Positions 57,891 to 64,000 of a stretch of DNA of 64,000 bases are shown here, piece after piece. The notes beneath the pieces were generated by a model. It saw only the letters and a program-made list of their open reading frames with translations. It was not told where the DNA came from and did not search any database. The DNA comes from the human T2T-CHM13v2.0 reference genome, Homo sapiens. The position numbers were made by a program, and so were the translations under genes. The stretch is taken from NCBI RefSeq assembly GCF_009914755.1, contig NC_060925.1. The stretch is one strand, 5' to 3'. Every line of letters begins with the position of its first letter. The stretch's first letter is position 1.

Positions 57891-59298
57891 ATGTCATTTA
57901 CCTCTGAGGGAAAGATAGCCCTGAGACTGATCCACCATAAAACATTTACTGGAAGAAATGTCTGATTTTATGCATTTCAAGGCATCATGAGACAAGTGTC
58001 TCATCATGCAGAAACATGGGTATCATGACTACATTTTACATAAAATAAAAGGAAACTATCAATAAACTTCAGAAAGTTGTAAATTCAACTACTCCCTAAA
58101 ATATGGTCATGCAGTTGTTACAAAGACATAGTAGATGTTTCTGGTATGCAGTTTTCTTTTATGTTACTCTGCTGTTGCATAGGGCATAACATTTACCCAA
58201 GGTTTTTTTTAAACTACAGACAATGTTTAGCAGCACTCAGCGGTGGGTCACCTCTCTCAATGGCCATCACTGGACAAATTGGACACCCTCCCACCCGCAC
58301 ACATATATGCATAGAAAAATACTCAAGTTTTAGACTTGGACCTGTGTACTTTAATTAACTTGCCCTTTCTAGTCTATTAGAAAATGATATGCACTTTAGT
58401 CTGCCAAAAGCAATGCTTGCATTCTGGCAGCAATGTGTTATTGCTTTTACATAGTAAAGCGGATAAGAGAACTTCAAAGGCAGGAGGTAAGTTTTTAATT
58501 TAAACAGCAGCAAATAAAGAGTAAATTAGAAAACTGCTGTCACAAATATCCATGATCTCCATAACGTATATAATACAGGAGGCATTTCAATTTGTGATCT
58601 CCAGCCTAGAAGTGTCAGAGGCTTTCCCATTCAGTCTAATATTTCTGGATTCTTGCCACAAGTGAATACATTAAAATTATGGAAGAGTTGCTTACTGAAA
58701 GGAAATCCCTGAAAAATAATAAGGGAGGAAATGTAGAAACTCATGTCATTTAGAACACTCTTTAATTATAATGAACTAGATTTCCATATATTTGAAGTAA
58801 TACCAAACACAGTCACTTGTAGAACTAGTCCAGATTCTTTAAATACCAGATGCATTTTTAGTCTTCTTTGTAAGTGTGTGGAAGTTACTTATGTTTATAT
58901 GAAATGAGGTTATTCATAATTTTCTGCAGTAGTCACTATAAACCAGAAAGACTGAGACAAGCAGAAATCAAGACATGGAGTCTCCCAGAGCTGCAATGAG
59001 AAACAGACTGTAACAGCTGATTCCATACACATGAATGGGTTTCTTTTCTATAGGAAATCCCAGTGAAATAAGGAGTGGAGATGTCTAGAGGGTTCCTCGA
59101 GGAGAAGGATGCTCCCAACATGCATTTAGTTTCCTCTCCCTCTGCTGTAGCACATTCTTCTCCTGCATGGTCTTCCTTCAAGTTTGGTTGATTCTAAGGC
59201 CTGAATGATGAGGGTGTTGTCTTTGTAAGTTTTCATTCTGTCAAAAGTCATTTTGGTCAGTGTGTGGGCAAGTTCTGCATTATTAAAAATCACCTAGT

Positions 59299-59610
<312 letters not shown>

Positions 59611-60121
59611 CTAGCAAAATCCAGTAAAGTTAAGAGCTAGCCCCAGGCAACTTGTTTGTGTGGCTCCCATCTCTGCCTTGCTATTTCAAATGCCTCTTGG
59701 TAAGCAGGCTCCTTGGGAATTATCTGTGATATGTTTTCAATCATCATCCCATGCAGTGTCAGCAAGGTAATGGAATTAATTTTCCTTCATTTTGGGAAAA
59801 AGACCTTGCTTTCTGAATCAGTTATACTGGCTATTAAATACATATCTGACACTTCCAGGACTAGGATGGGAATGCAGATGGATCTCAGGTTAGGCTTCAC
59901 TTTCTCCAGATAGTCCTTTATCAACTGGTGTTTCTTATCTCTTTTCTGCTTGATGCTCTTGATGCCCTACAGGTGGACCTGCGGCAATGGCACCACCTTC
60001 GCCTTGGGGCAAGGGGATGGCCTGCTGCATTGTTTTCTCTGTAGCAGGGTGGCTGCATGCTGTGGTGGCCAGCACTGCCTGGATGAGACAAGTATGTATC
60101 ATGACATTTTACATAAAATAA

Positions 60122-60471
<350 letters not shown>

Positions 60472-60476
60472 AACTA

Positions 60477-60677
<201 letters not shown>

Positions 60678-61319
60678 TTACAAAGGCATAGTAAATGGTT
60701 TCTAGTATGTAACCTTATCTACGAACTAGAAATCTGCACTTTATCTCTGTGAAGCCCACCAGAGTCCCATCACTCTGATCTGCACTGGTCTTCAGTGGCA
60801 GACTTTCCTGTCTCCAACCCAGTGCATTTAAAACATTTTGAAAATTGTTTCATTAGTGCCTTCCAGGTAGTGAAAAACCAACCTGTGAAGGGAAAAGGTT
60901 GAAAAAAGGTATTGAATAGATGGGGGTAAGTTTAAAACTTGGTCTGTAAATTTTATTGAGACTCTGTTGAAAGTGCTTAGGGATGAAAATAATCCAATAT
61001 GTATGAGTTTATATACGCAAAATATATGTTTATTGTATTTTGTGCATAAAATGTACATATTGAATTATTATGTGTGTATATATACATATACAGTACATAC
61101 ACATTTTCTCACACACATACACAGACACACACACACACACATTCAATAGATGGCTCTGAGTCATGACTAGGAAAGACATTTTAAATTGCTCCCAGAAAAC
61201 GTAATCTCAAAATAATTGTAGAACAGAAAAACGATTTAAAAAAAAGTGCTATCATTAATGAGACCACTGAAAAAAGAAAATGACTTAATTCTAAAACTTA
61301 AATTTGAAATATTCTGGAA

Positions 61320-62710
61320 TGTTCTGTGCATTTACTATTAACTTAGCAAATACTATATGCAGTATAGGTGGTGTGGTAGAGCAGAAAACAAAGCAGAACA
61401 TACCCATTCTCCTGGAACTTGAATTTTAGTGAGAAGAGAGGGGAAACAGGCAGGCAGAGATATGATGTATATGGTGGTGCTATCGTGCCCAAGACAACCT
61501 TAATGCTGCCTTCAGCTTGATTCAGCTTTAGACAGGCTTCTTCCTGACCCTTGTTCCCTGATCTCCCTTTTCTTGAAAATGTGTTTAATTTGTAAATTCC
61601 TTATCTGCCTTTTTGAGATATTATAAATGCCTTCTGCTGGTTTTGCAACCCAGGAATATCTTTTTCAAAGACCTGGGAACCATCTCTTTGAAATCCAATT
61701 GGCAAGGAAGACAGCATCCCTGTCTATCAGCCTCTACAAGAAGGCAAGAGCCTAACCATGGTGGGGCACCTTGCTCCAAGTTGTAAAACTGCCTCCTGTC
61801 ACAAGGACATGAGAAAATTTACTTTTCCCTTGGGTAAAGCCAATTCGCAAAAACAGGTGTGGCCTAAGGTCCCTCATCCCAGATTTTAAGGATTCTCCAA
61901 CCATTCATTTCATCTAGAGCTGGGCTGTGTTTTCTTCCCTATGCTGGCAATAATACTGGAATAAAATCAACTTCTATTTGCTTATCTTACCTGGTACAAT
62001 TTTATTTTAACAAATGGAGGGTAAGGAGTCAGAGAGTTTGGCAGGTCAGGGTATGTGTTATAAAATGTGATTAGAACAAAAATTTTTGACACATGTCATA
62101 TTTGGGCAGAGAATTAAGTGATGTGAGGGAGTGAGCTGTGTGGATCTGCAGTGGATGAAATTTTTATGCAGAGGGAATAGTCTATATGGGCTGAGGTAGG
62201 AGTGTAAATGAAGTACATGGATGAGGCCACATGGAAGGACAGAGTGGAGCAGGAAGACAGAGGTGAATGTTTGAGAGGTGATAAGGAGTCAGGTCCTGTG
62301 GTGCCGTATAAGCCATTGGGAAGACTTGGGCTGACACTCTGAATGGGATGGAGGAGGGACTCAGAGGAGTCTTCGGGGTAGAGGAGTTAACTGTATGGCT
62401 TATGCTCAAAAATAGCTGCTGTTTTGAAGGGAAAATATTTAGGAAAACAAGGGTAGGGCCAGGGAGACCACTCTGGAGCTATTACAATAATGTAGGCAGA
62501 GGGATGATGTGGCCTTACACTGGGGCTGGTAGCCACGGGGATGGTGAGAAGAGGTGGTGTTTGGACATATTTTGAAGGTTAAGGCCTTGCAGATTTGCTG
62601 CAAAACTGGATGTGCAGTATGTGAGTGAGAGACAGCTGAAGGATGACTCTGAGGTGTTTGTCCTAAGCAAATGGAACAGTGGCATAATCAAGATGGGGCC
62701 ACTGCAGAAA
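61320..62710 (-). mobile_element. L2 3' region split by a MER31-like LTR
   Basis: ORF 62182-62409 (IPFRVSAQVFPMAYTAPQDLTPYHLS) resembles the L2 ORF2 C-terminus; typical antisense L2 text. Confidence 0.8.
61478..62012 (+). mobile_element. MER31-like ERV1 solo LTR
   Basis: ctttagacaggcttcttcctgac...caacccaggaat...gacctgggaaccatctctttgaaat...aataaa...ttaaca. Confidence 0.8.
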
Positions 62711-62867
62711 GAGCTGCTCCAGGCAGGGTTAGGTCCATTTGTACACAGAGCCTTCTTTGTTCCTTACAAAAGTTCTGTGAATGTACTATTATTGTCACTT
62801 TGAAAGGGAGAAATGGAATTTGTGAGAATATGAGTAATTTTCTCAGGATCACACAGCTAGGAAAAGG

Positions 62868-63262
62868 TTGTCTCAGTCTGAGTTGCCCTGAAAACTTGGT
62901 CCGAGGAAAACTTGTGTGCAGGTGGTTTATGTGGGAAACAGAGAAGCCCAAGGTGTAGGAGTGAGAGCAGGAAAGAGGAAAAACCCATGTGAGGGCTGTT
63001 ACTGAATTTGCAGGCAATGAAAGCTAAATTCTACCAGGACTCCTTGAAGCCTCAGAATACCTGCCAGAATTGTCTGCCAGAGGATGTGAGGAGGAGCACT
63101 CTCCCTGCTTGGCTCCCGTTTCCTGGAAATTGAAGGTTGCCTGTGGGAGGGTTTACTCCCCTCACTTCTGAGCTTCACATTCGTGCAGTTCTAGAGCTTC
63201 TTCTCCATGTCTGTGGTGTCAGGAGAATCCCAGGGCAGAAAATGAAGATCTTCAGTACCATG
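62868..63262 (-). mobile_element. ERVL LTR (LTR16-like) inside a MIR (~62740-62867 and ~63420-63480)
   Basis: aaacttgtgtgcaggtggtttat.tggga; MIR text ctcaggatcacacagctag and tttgaacccag on the flanks. Confidence 0.55.
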
Positions 63263-63271
63263 CCAGGCCAA

Positions 63272-63375
63272 ATATATGTATTCATATGTATATATTCATA
63301 CAAAGTGCAACTCATATGTATATTCATATTTATATTCATATAACATACACATTCATATATATTATTACATATATT
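63272..63375. repeat. Degenerate (CATAT/TA)n low-complexity repeat
   Basis: Repeated attcatat units. Confidence 0.8.
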
Positions 63376-63699
63376 TGAATGATCGGGAGCCAGTGAAATA
63401 AAGCAATGCTTATTTATGAAAGAACCAGCCTTTGAACCCAGATTAGGATGCCCAAGCCCTTGGGTCTGAGACTCCCCAGCTGCCACAAACCTGTTCCTGG
63501 GCTCACTTTCACCATTAGCTCCACCCTTCAAGGCTCTCTTTAGTCCCACCTTGCTTTGTAATTGGGTCAGAATGATGGGGGAAGCTGTGAGTGAGGCTGG
63601 CTGATGATTTTAACTCACCTCACACTAGCTTAATTAGCACTGACCCAACCTGAAGCCTGGGACTCAAGGAAATGCACTGAAAACCTGGGGCTCGACGTG

Positions 63700-63890
63700 G
63701 TGGTATGGAGGAATGGTGCTTTGGAAATAACTCATATAATTATTCGAGTTCTGCTATTCTCATTCTTGCTGGATGTGACCTAGTTAGGTCATTCTTCATC
63801 TCTGGGTCTCCATTTTCTCACCAGTAAATGAAGGATTTAGAGCTGACCTGCATAACATTCTAACTCCAGTGTTCTGTAGTTCTATGAGAC
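63700..63890 (+). mobile_element. MIR
   Basis: tgtgacctag...tctctgggtctccattttctca.cagtaaatg core. Confidence 0.7.
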
Positions 63891-64000
63891 TTATGATGGG
63901 TGAATAATCCTAAAAATGCATCTTTGTGGTGATAAAAAAGAAAACTCCCAAGTTTTAAACAAAAATGGCATTTTTCTGAGTACTTCTTTTCTGTGGGATG

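Overview
Primate (probably human) non-coding DNA: AT-rich, CpG-depleted and mostly interspersed repeats. I find no credible protein-coding gene, RNA gene, CpG island or CRISPR array, and no novel multi-gene system. The supplied ORFs are explained by Alu, L1, L2, MaLR/ERV or simple-repeat sequence. Main content: 16 Alu copies or fragments; two full-length MaLR retrotransposons (THE1B-like 9092-11393, THE1D-like 25811-28143); many solo LTRs; a ~12-kb nested L1 complex (25.2-37.1 kb); L2, L3 and MIR relics; and DNA-transposon fossils (MER3, MER20, Tigger2a). The signals not explained by repeats are: a probable 3'UTR-only retrocopy of an unidentified mRNA (~21.76-24.5 kb, minus strand); a ~585-bp unassigned insertion inside a MaLR LTR (49.5-50.1 kb); two local, non-tandem duplications (43.07/43.47 kb and 57.99/60.08 kb); closely spaced inverted Alu pairs; DUX4-type motifs in THE1 LTRs; and candidate + strand non-coding exons near 58.4 and 60.0 kb. 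Subfamily names come from remembered consensus sequences and need RepeatMasker/Dfam confirmation. Boundaries of old elements are approximate.
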